Of a stretch of 64,000 nucleotides of DNA, positions 1 to 10,616 are shown in pieces. Source of the DNA: Candidatus Zhuqueibacter pondensis. GTDB taxonomy: Bacteria; Zhuqueibacterota; Zhuqueibacteria; Zhuqueibacterales; Zhuqueibacteraceae. The position numbers and the translations under genes are program-made. The stretch lies in the NCBI GenBank assembly GCA_034505955.1, contig JAPDQK010000031.1, forward strand, positions 2,320-66,319, read 5' to 3'. Position 1 is the first letter of the stretch; each line of letters begins with the position of its first letter. Below the pieces are notes generated by a model that did not search any database, was not told the origin of the DNA, and saw nothing but the letters and a program-made list of their open reading frames with translations.

Positions 1-297
1 GCTCAAAGCGATGAAGAGGCCGGAATAGGCCGTAAGGCGAACAGATGCAGAACAAAATTCTGAGAGTTGTAAACTTTTAGCCGTCTGAGCATCGCCTTAA
101 CTCAAAATGTCATTTCGTGGTAATATTTCTACTTTTTAAGGAGACATCTACAAATCCGTAAAAAGATTCTTACAGAATGACACCCTTTTCAGTTGGCTAA
201 ACTTTTACCGAGATTTTTAGCCAACGAATGAAAGCAGCCAACAGATAGATTGCGTGCGTAGGAAATAACTCAACAGATAAGAAAAGGGAGAATTAAA

Positions 298-1683
298 TTG
301 CATAAACGAGCTTGTAGTCTCGCCGACTCACGGCAAAGGGTGTGTGTTTTTGCTTGGATCGTTTTTGCAGTATGCGCAATACCCTTCCCGGCGAGTGGGC
401 AATATCGTGTCGTGGCGTATTATCCGGGATGGATGAAAACCAAATTGCCAGCGAACAAAGTCAAATTCGAATATATCACCCATATCAATCACGCCTTCGC
501 GTGGCCGCTGGCCGATGGCAGCATCACCGGCTACAGCGAGATCAACCATCCCGAGCTGATTGCCGAAACTCACAAGGCCGGCAGGAAAATACTCATTTCG
601 CTCGGCGGCTGGGGCCAATCCGCCGGCTTTGCGCCGATGGCGGCGGATTCGACTACACGAAAAAAATTTATTCAAAACCTGGTGAATTACTGCCAAACAC
701 GTGGTTACGATGGCGCAGACTTCGATTGGGAGTTTCCGCAAAACGCGGTGGAGCGCGCCAATCTCACCACGTTGATCAAGGAAACGGCTCAGGCCTTCAC
801 GGCACTCAATCCGCCTTTGCTGCTCACCATGGTGGCCGTGGCCTCCAACTATGCTGGTCAATGGCATGACTATGCGGCGCTGGCGCGCCACGTCGAATGG
901 TTCAATCTAATGGCTTATGACTTTCACGGCAGTTGGACCAATCACGCCGGGCACAATGCACCATTGTATGCACCTGCCACGGACTACGACGGCTCAGCCC
1001 ATCAGGGCGTTCAATATTTACGCAATCAAAGAGGAATTCCGCCGGAGAAAATTCATTTGGGCATGCCCTTTTACGGCAAAGAGTGCAACGCCTCGCGATT
1101 GTATGGCCCGGCCAGCGGCTGGAGTGATCTCGAATATACCGCAGTAGCGCCGCGACTGAGCTCCGGCTGGGATTATTTCTGGGACGAGGTTTCCAAGGTA
1201 CCCTATTTGCTCAATGCCAACCGGACAAAAATTGTCACTTTCGACGACTCGCTTTCTCTCAGCCTCAAATGCGAATACGCCAAAACCAACGGCCTCGGCG
1301 GTGTGATGATTTGGGCGCTTGGCCAGGATGCTTTCGTCAATGCCCAGCCATTGCTGGAAGCAGTGGGAATCGCCATGGGAAAGGCGACCGCAGTCGCCAA
1401 GACAGAGTATCCCCGTGCAAAGGATTTTGAGTTGTTCAATAATTACCCCAATCCCTTCAATGCGGTGACGACGATCGAATTTCGACTCGAGCGTGACATG
1501 CCGGTCAAATTATCCGTCTACACGCTGACCGGAGAATTGGTTACGGTTTTAAAGAACGGTATGGCCGCAAGGGGGAGGAATAAGTTGACTTGGGATGCAA
1601 CCAGCCAAGCCAGCGGAGTCTATTTCGCCAAACTCGAGGCCGCGGGTTTCAGTGATACGAAAAAAATGATTTTGGTCAGATAG
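298..1683 (+). CDS. Secreted GH18 chitinase-like glycoside hydrolase with C-terminal T9SS/FlgD-Ig-like sorting domain (CTD)
   Basis: 461-aa ORF with a hydrophobic N-terminal signal-like segment. GH18 catalytic motif DGADFDWEFP (DxxDxDxE). C-terminus NYPNPFNAVTTIEF...GVYFAKLEA...KKMILVR matches the CTD pattern seen in five other proteins here. TTG start preceded by GGGAGA. Confidence 0.85.
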   Translation: MHKRACSLADSRQRVCVFAWIVFAVCAIPFPASGQYRVVAYYPGWMKTKLPANKVKFEYITHINHAFAWPLADGSITGYSEINHPELIAETHKAGRKILISLGGWGQSAGFAPMAADSTTRKKFIQNLVNYCQTRGYDGADFDWEFPQNAVERANLTTLIKETAQAFTALNPPLLLTMVAVASNYAGQWHDYAALARHVEWFNLMAYDFHGSWTNHAGHNAPLYAPATDYDGSAHQGVQYLRNQRGIPPEKIHLGMPFYGKECNASRLYGPASGWSDLEYTAVAPRLSSGWDYFWDEVSKVPYLLNANRTKIVTFDDSLSLSLKCEYAKTNGLGGVMIWALGQDAFVNAQPLLEAVGIAMGKATAVAKTEYPRAKDFELFNNYPNPFNAVTTIEFRLERDMPVKLSVYTLTGELVTVLKNGMAARGRNKLTWDATSQASGVYFAKLEAAGFSDTKKMILVR

Positions 1684-1721
1684 GCGCTCAATAAATTCTA
1701 ACGGCCGATCGTAATGCAGAC

Positions 1722-1759
1722 TCCCTACGGGCGTAGCCCATGGGCTACGCCCGTAGGGA
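1722..1759. terminator. Perfect 38-bp palindrome built from two inverted REP-like units, a likely bidirectional terminator between convergent genes
   Basis: tccctacgggcgtagccca|tgggctacgcccgtaggga forms a 19-bp perfect stem. It lies between the 3' ends of the chitinase (+) and lipid kinase (-) genes. Confidence 0.6.
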
Positions 1760-1809
1760 AGCTTGCGCTACAAAATCATTACGATCGTGATGGTTTTTCG
1801 AGATTAGCA

Positions 1810-2742
1810 CTATACCATGAAACGGAGCTTGCCGGGAAGTATCTCCACCTCTATGGGGGTATTGCCGAGGGTCTCGCCATCCGGCGTGAGCAGACACGGC
1901 GGATCGGTCTCCACGCGGAGTTGTCGCGTCCGAAATACTTCGACCTCCGGATGAGACGTGTGCCTGCCAGAGAAAACTTTTGGGAAAGTACGCACCAGTT
2001 CCCAGCGGGAGAACGAATTCGCCAGCACCACATCAATCATACTGTCGCTGATGTTGGCCTCCGGCGCGATTTTCATGTTGCCGGCAGTGTAGCGGGAATT
2101 GCAAATGGCGACAAAGGTATTCGCGCGCTCCACTGTTTTGCCATCCAGATCCAATCGCAAGCGACAAGGTCGCAAGGCCGCCAGAGTGGCAAAAACACCG
2201 ACGGCATATCCCAGCATCCCCAATTTTTTGAAGCGCTGCGAACGCACGTTGACTTCGGCAACAAAGCCGGTGCCCAGCATATTGACAAAATAAAACTCAT
2301 TTTTGTACCAGCCTCGCCCGCCGGCAAGGCTGTTGGAAAAATGACAGCGCGCGACGTCCACCGGCTGCGGCGTGCCATGCAAGGATTTTTGCAAAAAATC
2401 TTCGAGATTGTCAGCCGGCAAATCCTTCGAAAATGAATTGCCGGTGCCGCTCGGAATCAATGCCAGCGGCGTGGGGAACGGCGCGACGCCATCGCCGCTC
2501 ATGGTATCGAGGCAGAGATTGAGCACCTCGAAGAGCGTGCCATCGCCGCCGACCACTACAATCTTTTGCCAGTTATCCTCGAGCAGTGGCGGCAGGGCCT
2601 CCAGGAGATGCCCGGCGTATTGTGAGATGACAGTTTGCGTTTCGATACCCTTTTGCGCAAACCAGGCCACGGCTCGCTCCATCACCAGCCGGCCTCTGCC
2701 CAGCGCCGAAGCGGGATTGGCCACGATGAGAAATGGTTTCAT
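1810..2742 (-). CDS. Diacylglycerol/lipid kinase family protein (YegS/BmrU-like)
   Basis: 310 aa. Contains the VVVGGDGTLFEV (GGDGT) nucleotide-binding motif and has DAGK-catalytic-like length and layout. Confidence 0.8.
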   Translation of the reverse strand: MKPFLIVANPASALGRGRLVMERAVAWFAQKGIETQTVISQYAGHLLEALPPLLEDNWQKIVVVGGDGTLFEVLNLCLDTMSGDGVAPFPTPLALIPSGTGNSFSKDLPADNLEDFLQKSLHGTPQPVDVARCHFSNSLAGGRGWYKNEFYFVNMLGTGFVAEVNVRSQRFKKLGMLGYAVGVFATLAALRPCRLRLDLDGKTVERANTFVAICNSRYTAGNMKIAPEANISDSMIDVVLANSFSRWELVRTFPKVFSGRHTSHPEVEVFRTRQLRVETDPPCLLTPDGETLGNTPIEVEILPGKLRFMV

Positions 2743-2876
2743 ACTCCCTCCGTGATGTGATTGTCGAAAATCAAGACTCGGGGAAAAACAGCCATTTTTA
2801 CAAAGGCGGAATCTTTTCCCAATTCAAAAAGATGCTTTGCATGACAAATCCGAGGTTTTCGGGCAGACTCCGGGTA

Positions 2877-3833
2877 TTATCCATCATCCATCTCCAATCT
2901 TCGATTCTTCGATTCGCATTTTTTCTCTCCTCCAAATTCGGACAAAAGCACCATCGCCACTCCGAGCAATGTCACGATGCCACCAACGACTGTCAACCCA
3001 CCAATGCGCTCACCAAGCAAGAGATAAGCCAGGATGCTCGCTCCGACAGGTTCTCCCAAAAACATGACAGACACGGTTGGTGCAGAGAAATGCTTTAGTG
3101 CCCAATTGAAACTCGTGTGGCCGATGACTTGCGGAACCAGCGCAATGAGAATGAACATGCCGAAAATCTTGGAGGAAAATCCGGCAAGCGGCGCCCGCAG
3201 CCCAAGCGCTCCGAAAAACAACGCGAGCGCTGCGGTGCTGTAACTCAGCAACACGTATGCGGATGTTCCCAACTGCCGGCGCAAAATTCTGCCAGCAAGC
3301 AAATAAACCGCGACTGCCAGCGCGCCTGCCAGCGCCAGCGCATCACCCCGAATGGAACCATGACCGCCGCCGGCATCAGCCAACGCGATGATGGCCGCAC
3401 CACCGATTGCGATGCCCAACCCCACAAAGAGCAAAGGCCGCATCGGCTCCCGCAGAATGAAGCGCGTGCCGAGCGCCACAAAAATGGGCGAGGTGCTGAC
3501 CAGGACCACGGAACTGGCAACAGTAGTGTGGAAAAGCGAGGTGATCCATGTCGCAAAATGCGCAGCCAGTCCGATACCGGAAATCAGCCCCAGGCTGAAG
3601 GCTGTGGATGGCATATTTCGCCATTCGCGCACGGCCTGCCTGCCCGTGAACAACCCAAAGAACAGCGAAGCAAACAGCAAACGATAAAAGGCAATTGACA
3701 GCGCCGGCGCCGGACACCAGCGGATCAAAATCGAAGCGAAGGAGACCGCGATGATGCCGATGGCTGGCACAGCCATCACACGAGCGGTGATTTGTGACCT
3801 CACCGTTACCTCCTGGTTCATATTTTCCGACAT
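2877..3833 (-). CDS. EamA/DMT-superfamily permease
   Basis: 318 aa, about 10 hydrophobic helices in two internally similar halves, Gly/Ala-rich TM segments typical of EamA repeats. Confidence 0.7.
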   Translation of the reverse strand: MSENMNQEVTVRSQITARVMAVPAIGIIAVSFASILIRWCPAPALSIAFYRLLFASLFFGLFTGRQAVREWRNMPSTAFSLGLISGIGLAAHFATWITSLFHTTVASSVVLVSTSPIFVALGTRFILREPMRPLLFVGLGIAIGGAAIIALADAGGGHGSIRGDALALAGALAVAVYLLAGRILRRQLGTSAYVLLSYSTAALALFFGALGLRAPLAGFSSKIFGMFILIALVPQVIGHTSFNWALKHFSAPTVSVMFLGEPVGASILAYLLLGERIGGLTVVGGIVTLLGVAMVLLSEFGGEKKCESKNRRLEMDDG

Positions 3834-3988
3834 GGACTGCTTGTTGCAGGAATTACCGTGACCTTTCGCTCTTCATCCTGGAGACTGGGTGAGGCAAAAG
3901 ATAATGCATAAAGTTTCAAAAAGCAAGAGGAGTAATTGGGTTGATGAAATGCGGCCGGGTTCAAAGCTTTCACATATGGCGAATTAAG

Positions 3989-4050
3989 AGCGTGTTTGAA
4001 AAGTCAACTTTTGTTCAGCCCCAGAGGCTGCGTCCGTAGGGGGGTGCGAC
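3989..4050. repeat. Partial copy of foldback repeat family 3
   Basis: gagcgtgtttgaaaagtcaacttttgttcagccccagaggc... aligns with the arm of the element at 45871-45969. Confidence 0.45.
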
Positions 4051-4116
4051 CTAACGTTTGTTATTAGCTGTGCCCGGTGGAATTATAACTGAGTCCCCAA
4101 TATCACCCGAAGCTAA

Positions 4117-4280
4117 CCTGGATTATTCATAAAACTTAAACCACCAAGACACAAAGACACGAAGAGAAAAGACTTGTCAAGCTTCAAGGGAAAAAACTGA
4201 ATTTTCATAGCCACTCTGCTAGTCATTCTCTAAAATCAAACTTTGTGTCTTCGTGCCTTTGTGGTTAAGAATAATTCACG
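4117..4280 (+). mobile_element. MITE family 1, copy A (~164 bp foldback element)
   Basis: Near-identical to the reverse complement of 19333-19497, with only a few mismatches or indels. Terminal inverted repeats tgGATTATTC.../...GAATAATTCa. Subterminal inverted repeats ccaccaagacacaaagacacgaag / cttcgtgcctttgtgg. No coding capacity. Confidence 0.85.
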
Positions 4281-4469
4281 CTAAAAAAGTGAACGAAGAA
4301 AAAGAATTAAATACAGATTGAATACATCTTGGGAAATTACAAGGTGGGGAATAATAATCCGGTAGAACTGGGGAGAATTACACCGGCAATGAGAGAGAAA
4401 CCAGCATACCGTGATGGGAAAAAAGTTGTGGACGTGCGCTGATAATTGTGGGAATTCAGAGAATAGCCG

Positions 4470-4498
4470 TTGACAAAAGCAAATAGAGTTTTTATATT
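4470..4498 (+). promoter_or_regulatory. Sigma-70-like promoter candidate for the SEC-C motif gene
   Basis: TTGACA (4470-4475), 17-nt spacer, TATATT (4493-4498), about 125 nt upstream of the ATG at 4625. Confidence 0.4.
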
Positions 4499-4624
4499 TC
4501 ACTATGTCAAATGCCGTGCTGGAGATGCCATGCCACAACAGAAATGGCAGAGAATTTCAGAAAAGCCTTTTATCCCGACTTTGAGGTCATGCATCACTCG
4601 GCTGAATCATAACAAAGGAATCCT

Positions 4625-5080
4625 ATGGGCAAAACCCGTTTGAATGATCCCTGTCCATGCGGATCGGGCAAGAAATACAGATTCTGCTGCCATAAAGTGA
4701 AGTATCAGAAGATTTCGCCCCCCAAAATAACTGCTCACTTTACTCTCGATAACGGACAAAAGATATCCCAACCGATTACTCCACTGGATTCGATTCCGAC
4801 CCACAACAAGAATGGATTGACACCGGATATTACAACCGAGCAAATGATGAATCTCTGCCTGGATCAGATTTTCGGAATTCTTCAATTGGAAACGGTCGGC
4901 ATGACACATGATTTGGTTGATCGTGTCGTGCGAGAAATGGACATCGTGCCCACTTTTACATACAGACAGATATCAGAGAGAATGACACGCGATGGCAGGT
5001 TCGAGGTGTGCCACCATCAGATCTGCAGTCTGCGCGGTACCGACCCTGTCAGCCTGCTTGCGGAAAAACTTGCCGGTTGA
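4625..5080 (+). CDS. SEC-C motif domain protein
   Basis: 151 aa. N-terminal DPCPCGSGKKYRFCC is the canonical SEC-C metal-binding motif. AAGGAA RBS upstream. Confidence 0.7.
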   Translation: MGKTRLNDPCPCGSGKKYRFCCHKVKYQKISPPKITAHFTLDNGQKISQPITPLDSIPTHNKNGLTPDITTEQMMNLCLDQIFGILQLETVGMTHDLVDRVVREMDIVPTFTYRQISERMTRDGRFEVCHHQICSLRGTDPVSLLAEKLAG

Positions 5081-5204
5081 GGAGAATCCGAAAAGATCGG
5101 TTGCATCATTCGGAATTTGTGTTATATTTAAAAGCAGCATCGTGTCAGCTTGAATTCGGATTGAACTCACAGCCGAAATTTTAACCAATCGAAAACATTG
5201 ACTC

Positions 5205-7511
5205 ATGCGGAAATATCCAATCATCACCAGTTTACTTTTCGCCGCTTTTTGTTTTTCGCATCACACCCTTGCGCAGGAACAGCTCTGGCAGTCATTCACC
5301 AACATGCGCACGATCAGAGGTTATCATGATCCAGGTTCGAACACTTACACCTTTTCCCGCCTTCTGATCAGTTCTCCGCAAGGAGTATGGGCGGCAACAA
5401 CCGGTGGCGTCTTGCTGTGGGATGCCAACCGCAAAGCTTTCCGCAAATTTACCAACACCGATGGGCTTAGACAGAATATAACGAAGGCCGTTGGCCGCGA
5501 TCAGCGCGGCCGTATTTGGATCGTGCTGGCAACCGGCACGATTGCACAACCCACCGGCCTCATTGATGTGTATGATCCCGCAAAAAATGTTTTTACGCGT
5601 ATCGACGATTATGTCAATCGGAATATTTTTGACTTCGCGACCCGCGGCGATTCCATGTACCTTGCGCTGGATCTGGGCATCAGCTTGTACGATGTGGGTA
5701 GAAACGAGGTGAAGGAAACCTATCAGAACCTCGGCAAAAAATTTCCGCGCGCCACGGCAGTGACCGCACTTTTCATTGATGATCGTGAATTGTGGGCGGC
5801 CACCAACATGGGCATCGCCCGCACTTCCCTGGATCTGCCCAATCTTTTGGCACCAGAGAGTTGGACGAATTATACCATCCAGGATGGCTTGCCCTCAGCG
5901 CTCGTGCGCGGCTTCGCCAAATTCTCCCAAAACATCGTTGCTGCCACCTCTCAGGGCGTGGTGGCTTTTAATGGCGCGCGCTGGACCAATGTATCCGGAA
6001 ACATCGGCGAACGCAATATCCTGCAATTGGTGGTCTCCAAAGAGGACAACAAAGCGGTGTTGTATGCTGCGACTCCCTCCGGCGTCTATCGATCCGAAAC
6101 GCTTGGCACCTGGGCATTAGTGGGAACCAGCATTTACGTCATTACGGGCATACTCGTTGACAGCGCCGGTACTCTTTGGATTTCCACTTACGACGACGGT
6201 CTTTATGAGTTTGACCGCAGCGCTCAGGTTTGGCTCCGGCATGAGCCGGAGGGCCCGGCAACCAATTCGTTTACTTCCGTATCTCTGGACAATGAAGGCA
6301 ATCTTTGGTGCAGCTCGAGCTATAATGGTTTTCAAATCTACGACGGTGCGCGCTGGTATAACTACAGCCCCAAAACTTTTCCAATTGTGGATGAGATTCG
6401 CCAGATCATTCATCCGGCTAACGGCGAGCATTGGTTGGCGACTTGGGGAGGCGGCATCTACGTGTTGACCGGCAAACCGGATGCGCTCACCATTAAAGAC
6501 CATATTGATACCACGCGAGGCGCACTTTCGTCCGCGCTTAGTGAGAGAAACTATCCGGCCATTCCTTTTCTCAAACAGGATGATCAAGGCAACATCTGGA
6601 TTCTCAATTTCAATGCGGTAAACACCAATGGATTGGTGGCCCGCAATCCCCAAGGCCAATATGTGCACTTTTCAACGAGTGATGGTCTGCGCAGTCTGGA
6701 CGTTTCGGTATTGGAAATCGAGAAAACAATCACAAACGATCGTATCTGGGTTGGCACCTCGAGCAACGGGGTGAGCGTGCTGGATCACCGGGGCACCGTG
6801 CTCAACAAAGCGGATGACGATTTCAGCGGCGAGCTCAATTTGGATGACAATCTGTTGAGCAACCGGATTGCGTCGCTGGCACAGGACCGTGATGGTTACA
6901 TGTGGATTGGCACGGACAAAGGTCTCAATTATTGGTTTGCCGGCAAGGTCAATGATCGATTTTGCTACAGCCTGATCAGCGATGACATCAAAGTGGTTCG
7001 GGTTGACCCCCGCAACAACAAGTGGATTGGCACCAGCGCTGGCATTTCGGTGCTTTCCGGCCAGGACAATTGCTCCCTGACGCATTACACGGTCGAAAAC
7101 AGCCCGCTGGTCGGCAATTTCGTTACTTGCATCACGTTCAATCCCAAAACCGGTGATGCCTGGATCGGCACGACCACCGGACTGTCGCGCTATCGCACGC
7201 CATTTACCGAACCGAAACCGGATCTGAGCCAGCTTACGGGATATCCGAATCCATTCCGGATTGGTGCCAAGAAAACCGGCAGTTGTTTTTCCATCACCAA
7301 TCTGGCGGAAGACAGCGCGGTGAAAATTTATAATATTGCCGGTGAATTGATCCGCAGTTACTCGGTCGAGCAAGTGCCGGGCGCCGAAGCTTGTTGGGAT
7401 GGGCGCGATGAGTCAGGGAAATTGGTACCAAGTGGCATTTATCTTTTTGTTGCCTATATCGAAGCAACAGGCGCCAGTGCGGTCGGCAAAGTGGCGGTGA
7501 TCAGGGAATAA
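5205..7511 (+). CDS. Secreted beta-propeller protein (two-component-regulator-propeller-like repeats) with CTD
   Basis: 768 aa with a signal peptide ending HTLAQ. Many W(I/V)GT..G(L/I) propeller repeats. C-terminus GYPNPFR...IYNIAGELI...WDGRDESGKLVPSGIYLFV...VAVIRE is the CTD pattern. Confidence 0.75.
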   Translation: MRKYPIITSLLFAAFCFSHHTLAQEQLWQSFTNMRTIRGYHDPGSNTYTFSRLLISSPQGVWAATTGGVLLWDANRKAFRKFTNTDGLRQNITKAVGRDQRGRIWIVLATGTIAQPTGLIDVYDPAKNVFTRIDDYVNRNIFDFATRGDSMYLALDLGISLYDVGRNEVKETYQNLGKKFPRATAVTALFIDDRELWAATNMGIARTSLDLPNLLAPESWTNYTIQDGLPSALVRGFAKFSQNIVAATSQGVVAFNGARWTNVSGNIGERNILQLVVSKEDNKAVLYAATPSGVYRSETLGTWALVGTSIYVITGILVDSAGTLWISTYDDGLYEFDRSAQVWLRHEPEGPATNSFTSVSLDNEGNLWCSSSYNGFQIYDGARWYNYSPKTFPIVDEIRQIIHPANGEHWLATWGGGIYVLTGKPDALTIKDHIDTTRGALSSALSERNYPAIPFLKQDDQGNIWILNFNAVNTNGLVARNPQGQYVHFSTSDGLRSLDVSVLEIEKTITNDRIWVGTSSNGVSVLDHRGTVLNKADDDFSGELNLDDNLLSNRIASLAQDRDGYMWIGTDKGLNYWFAGKVNDRFCYSLISDDIKVVRVDPRNNKWIGTSAGISVLSGQDNCSLTHYTVENSPLVGNFVTCITFNPKTGDAWIGTTTGLSRYRTPFTEPKPDLSQLTGYPNPFRIGAKKTGSCFSITNLAEDSAVKIYNIAGELIRSYSVEQVPGAEACWDGRDESGKLVPSGIYLFVAYIEATGASAVGKVAVIRE

Positions 7512-7884
7512 ACGCGCAGGATGGATTTCTCATTACAAGTCTGTAACTTGCCGCTTCACGTGCCATTTTCCATCCCGCACAATTCAAAAAACGTACTTAC
7601 AATTTTGTATTTTCGATTATCTGACTGTCTCATCTTGGAACGATGAGGGCTGGATGTATCAAGTGCCAGGATGATTCGTAATCGGTTTGAAGCCATGGAG
7701 GGAACTTCTCCATTCGCGGAGCAATTAATGGGTTCGTGGTATCTTCAATAATTACTTGCTTGCCATACAATCCGATTTTACTTCTTGCCGGTATGCTGGC
7801 GTGATATTAACATTACCTGCCGGCTGTCATGCGTGAAAGCAAAAGCAGGCATGGACTTTGCAAATCATTTATCGGTCCCGGACC

Positions 7885-9609
7885 ATGTTACAAACTTTTT
7901 CGCTGTACAATTATGCGCTTGTTGATCGCGTTGAATTGACGCTGGGTTCAGGATTGAACGTCTTCACGGGTGAGACCGGGGCTGGCAAGTCGATTCTCAT
8001 CGGCGCCATGGCGGCTTTATTAGGAGAAAAAGCCGCTTTTCATTATCCTCGTGATCCTGAGAAAAAAGCGATCATCGAAGGGCTCTTTGTCAACTGTCTC
8101 TCTCCCCGGCTGAGGCAATTCTTGCGTGAGAACGCGCTCGAGGTGAGTGATGATGGCGCTTTTCTGCTGCGCCGCGAATTTATGCCGAACGGACGCAGTC
8201 GCGCCTTTTTGAATGATTCACCCATCTCCTCGACGACTCTGGATGCACTGAGTGAAATGCTGGCAGACTTGCACGGCCAGCACGAACATCAATCGCTGTT
8301 GCAAACCCGTTCGCATCTTCGTTATCTCGATGCTTACGGCGGACTGGAAGAGCTGGCGGCCAAAACAGCCGAAGCATACGCCGAGGTACGCGCGACGCAA
8401 AACAGCTATCTGGAATGGCTGTCCCGGCAGAAAGAGTTGCAGGAGAAACGCGAATTCAATATGTTTCAATTGCAGGAAATCAAAAGCGTTGATCCGCAGC
8501 CGGGTGAAGAGGAGAGCCTGGTTCAGGAAGAACGTCTGTTGAGCAGCGCGGAGCGCAGAGTCGAACTGAGCGCAAAAATTTATCAGCTGCTTTACGAAGC
8601 CGAAGGGGCGGTGCCCGTAGTGGCTCAGCTCAAGTCCGTCTTGTCGTCGCTCGAGGAACTGAGCGGTATTGATCCGTCATTACGGGCTTTGCATAAAGAT
8701 TGCGAGGCTGCCGGATTGGCGCTGCAGGAAGCAGCGCAGGAAATCCAGCGTTACCGAAATCGCATAGAATTCAATCCGGCGCGTCTCGAACAGGTACGGC
8801 AACGATTGGCGAGCTTCAACAAGCTTAAACGCAAATACGGTGGCTCCATGGAAGGAGTATTTGAACGCCGTGCCGCCCTCGAAGCTTCACTCTCCGATCT
8901 GGAAAATTTCGAAGAAAAAGTCGCCGCCTTGGAAAAACAGCTCAAGGTGGCGAGAGCGCATTGCGCAGAATTATGTTTGGAATTATCCTCGCGGCGCCGA
9001 CAAGTCGCCAAGGATTTGGAGGCGACCGTACCGGCTGTTCTTGCGGATTTGGGAATGGCCGGCAGCCGTTTTGAGGTCGTCATCACGACCCAGCCGGACA
9101 GCGCGAGTTATGTGACAGTCGATGGACAACCGGTAAGGGTCAGCGCCACAGGCATTGATCATGTTGAATTCTTTATTTCCGCGAATCCGGGTCAGGCGCC
9201 GGCGCCGTTGTCCAAAGTCGCCTCCGGCGGAGAGATTTCGCGCATTATGCTGGCACTAAAATCGATTCTTGCCGAGCGTGACGATATTCCGGTTTTAATT
9301 TTCGACGAGATCGATGCCGGAGTTTCCGGTCGGGTGGCACAAGCAGTCGGCAGGAAGTTGCAGCAACTGGCGCAATCACACCAGATTATTTGCATCACGC
9401 ACCTGCCGCAGATTGCCAGTGCCGGCGCACATCATTTCCTGGTGGAAAAAAATGTTATCGGTGGCAAATCCGTGACCGGCGTGCGGCGCTTGCACAGTTC
9501 GCAGCGGCCGGAAGCGATTGCCCGACTCTTGGGCGGTGAAATCATTTCTGAAGCGCATTTGGCCGGCGCCCGCGACCTTCTGATTGAAAGCGGGCAGCAG
9601 GTTCTTTAG
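7885..9609 (+). CDS. recN: DNA repair protein RecN
   Basis: Walker A GETGAGKS, coiled-coil middle region, SMC signature SGGEISRIMLAL, Walker B VLIFDEIDAGV. Start trimmed to the ATG at 7885 (MLQTFSLYNYALVD), the usual RecN N-terminus. The ORF track begins at a TTG at 7858. Confidence 0.92.
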   Translation: MLQTFSLYNYALVDRVELTLGSGLNVFTGETGAGKSILIGAMAALLGEKAAFHYPRDPEKKAIIEGLFVNCLSPRLRQFLRENALEVSDDGAFLLRREFMPNGRSRAFLNDSPISSTTLDALSEMLADLHGQHEHQSLLQTRSHLRYLDAYGGLEELAAKTAEAYAEVRATQNSYLEWLSRQKELQEKREFNMFQLQEIKSVDPQPGEEESLVQEERLLSSAERRVELSAKIYQLLYEAEGAVPVVAQLKSVLSSLEELSGIDPSLRALHKDCEAAGLALQEAAQEIQRYRNRIEFNPARLEQVRQRLASFNKLKRKYGGSMEGVFERRAALEASLSDLENFEEKVAALEKQLKVARAHCAELCLELSSRRRQVAKDLEATVPAVLADLGMAGSRFEVVITTQPDSASYVTVDGQPVRVSATGIDHVEFFISANPGQAPAPLSKVASGGEISRIMLALKSILAERDDIPVLIFDEIDAGVSGRVAQAVGRKLQQLAQSHQIICITHLPQIASAGAHHFLVEKNVIGGKSVTGVRRLHSSQRPEAIARLLGGEIISEAHLAGARDLLIESGQQVL

Positions 9610-9638
9610 GTCAAGCCTTACAACTTGGAGTTTGCATC

Positions 9639-10541
9639 ATGACCAAAATGAGAAAAATTATTGGCACCTCGATGTTGACGTTATCGCTGGTCGTCGTGGG
9701 TTTGTTTATGGTCTGCAGTGGCCGCATGCAGCGGGTGCAGCTGGAAGATGATTCTTACGGCCAGGCTGAGGATGAAGCGTATAAGGAAGATTTATTGAAA
9801 AGATTGGATGTTCTCGACAACGAAGGCCAGGAAGGGGATGCCCAGGAGAGTGCCGAGAGCAAAAGTAACGCTGAAGCGCAGAGCAGCAACAGTGACGACG
9901 CCACGTTCGCCAGTTCGGAGAGCCGTACCTCCAAAGCCAATGAAGCCGAAAGTTTTCTGACCCCGGAACTTTTCCAGGGAATGAATGCAGAGGTCAAACA
10001 ACTCGAGACGCTGAAGGCAGACAAGGATCGCACGATTGACAGTCTGCGCGCTGAAATGGAAGAGAAAAACTATCAAGCCGCCGCGTTGCAGACAACATTC
10101 AAGACCAAAAAAATTACCAGCAAGCCTCTGCCTGGTGATGCTGATAATTCCGCGCTTTATAATTCCGATTACGGCCTGGCCTATCAGGATGCGCTGGACG
10201 ATTTTTATGTGCGCCGTTTTGACAGCGCGATTCGCAAGTTCCGTGAATTGCTCCGGACTAATGACCGGCACCAATTGGCCGACAACTGCCAGTACTGGAT
10301 CGGCGAATGCTATTTCGCCATGGGCAAGTACTACGAGGCCGTGGCCGAGTTTCAAAAGGTTTACGTTTTCGAGAACAGTAACAAGACCAATGACGCACAG
10401 CTGATGATCGGCATTGCATTTTTCAAGAGTGGGGAGAAAGACTTGGCCCGAGCCGAACTGAGCATGTTGTTGAGCTTTGGCCCGCAAACCGCCTCTGCCA
10501 AGAAAGCTCAGCGCTATTTGAAAATGCTGGAAAGCGCATAG
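9639..10541 (+). CDS. YbgF/CpoB-like TPR lipoprotein with coiled-coil linker
   Basis: 300 aa. Signal/lipobox-like LFMVCSG, acidic low-complexity region, coiled coil. The C-terminal TPR block (ADNCQYWIGECYFAMGKYYEAVAEFQKV...DAQLMIGIAFFKSGEKDLARAEL) resembles YbgF. Confidence 0.55.
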   Translation: MTKMRKIIGTSMLTLSLVVVGLFMVCSGRMQRVQLEDDSYGQAEDEAYKEDLLKRLDVLDNEGQEGDAQESAESKSNAEAQSSNSDDATFASSESRTSKANEAESFLTPELFQGMNAEVKQLETLKADKDRTIDSLRAEMEEKNYQAAALQTTFKTKKITSKPLPGDADNSALYNSDYGLAYQDALDDFYVRRFDSAIRKFRELLRTNDRHQLADNCQYWIGECYFAMGKYYEAVAEFQKVYVFENSNKTNDAQLMIGIAFFKSGEKDLARAELSMLLSFGPQTASAKKAQRYLKMLESA

Positions 10542-10587
10542 GAAAAGCGCCTTTTGCCCAAAGATAACTTTAAACACCTCTCTTACG

Positions 10588-10616
10588 AGCCAGGTCAGCA
10601 TTGCCTGGCTTTTTTG
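10588..10616 (+). terminator. Rho-independent terminator after the YbgF-like gene
   Basis: Stem agccagg / cctggct followed by a tttttg run. Confidence 0.6.

Noticed and set aside
4281-4538. 85-aa minus-strand ORF in the AT-rich spacer upstream of the SEC-C gene
   Set aside because: Odd composition (Cys/Phe/Ile/His-rich), no RBS, and it overlaps the predicted promoter of the SEC-C gene. Most likely non-coding.
7512-7857. Possible gene remnant on the minus strand upstream of recN (translation ...IEDTTNPLIAPRMEKFPPWLQTDYESSWHLIHPALIVPR)
   Set aside because: It is under 45 codons, interrupted by stops upstream, with no start or RBS and no recognisable family. It cannot be supported.
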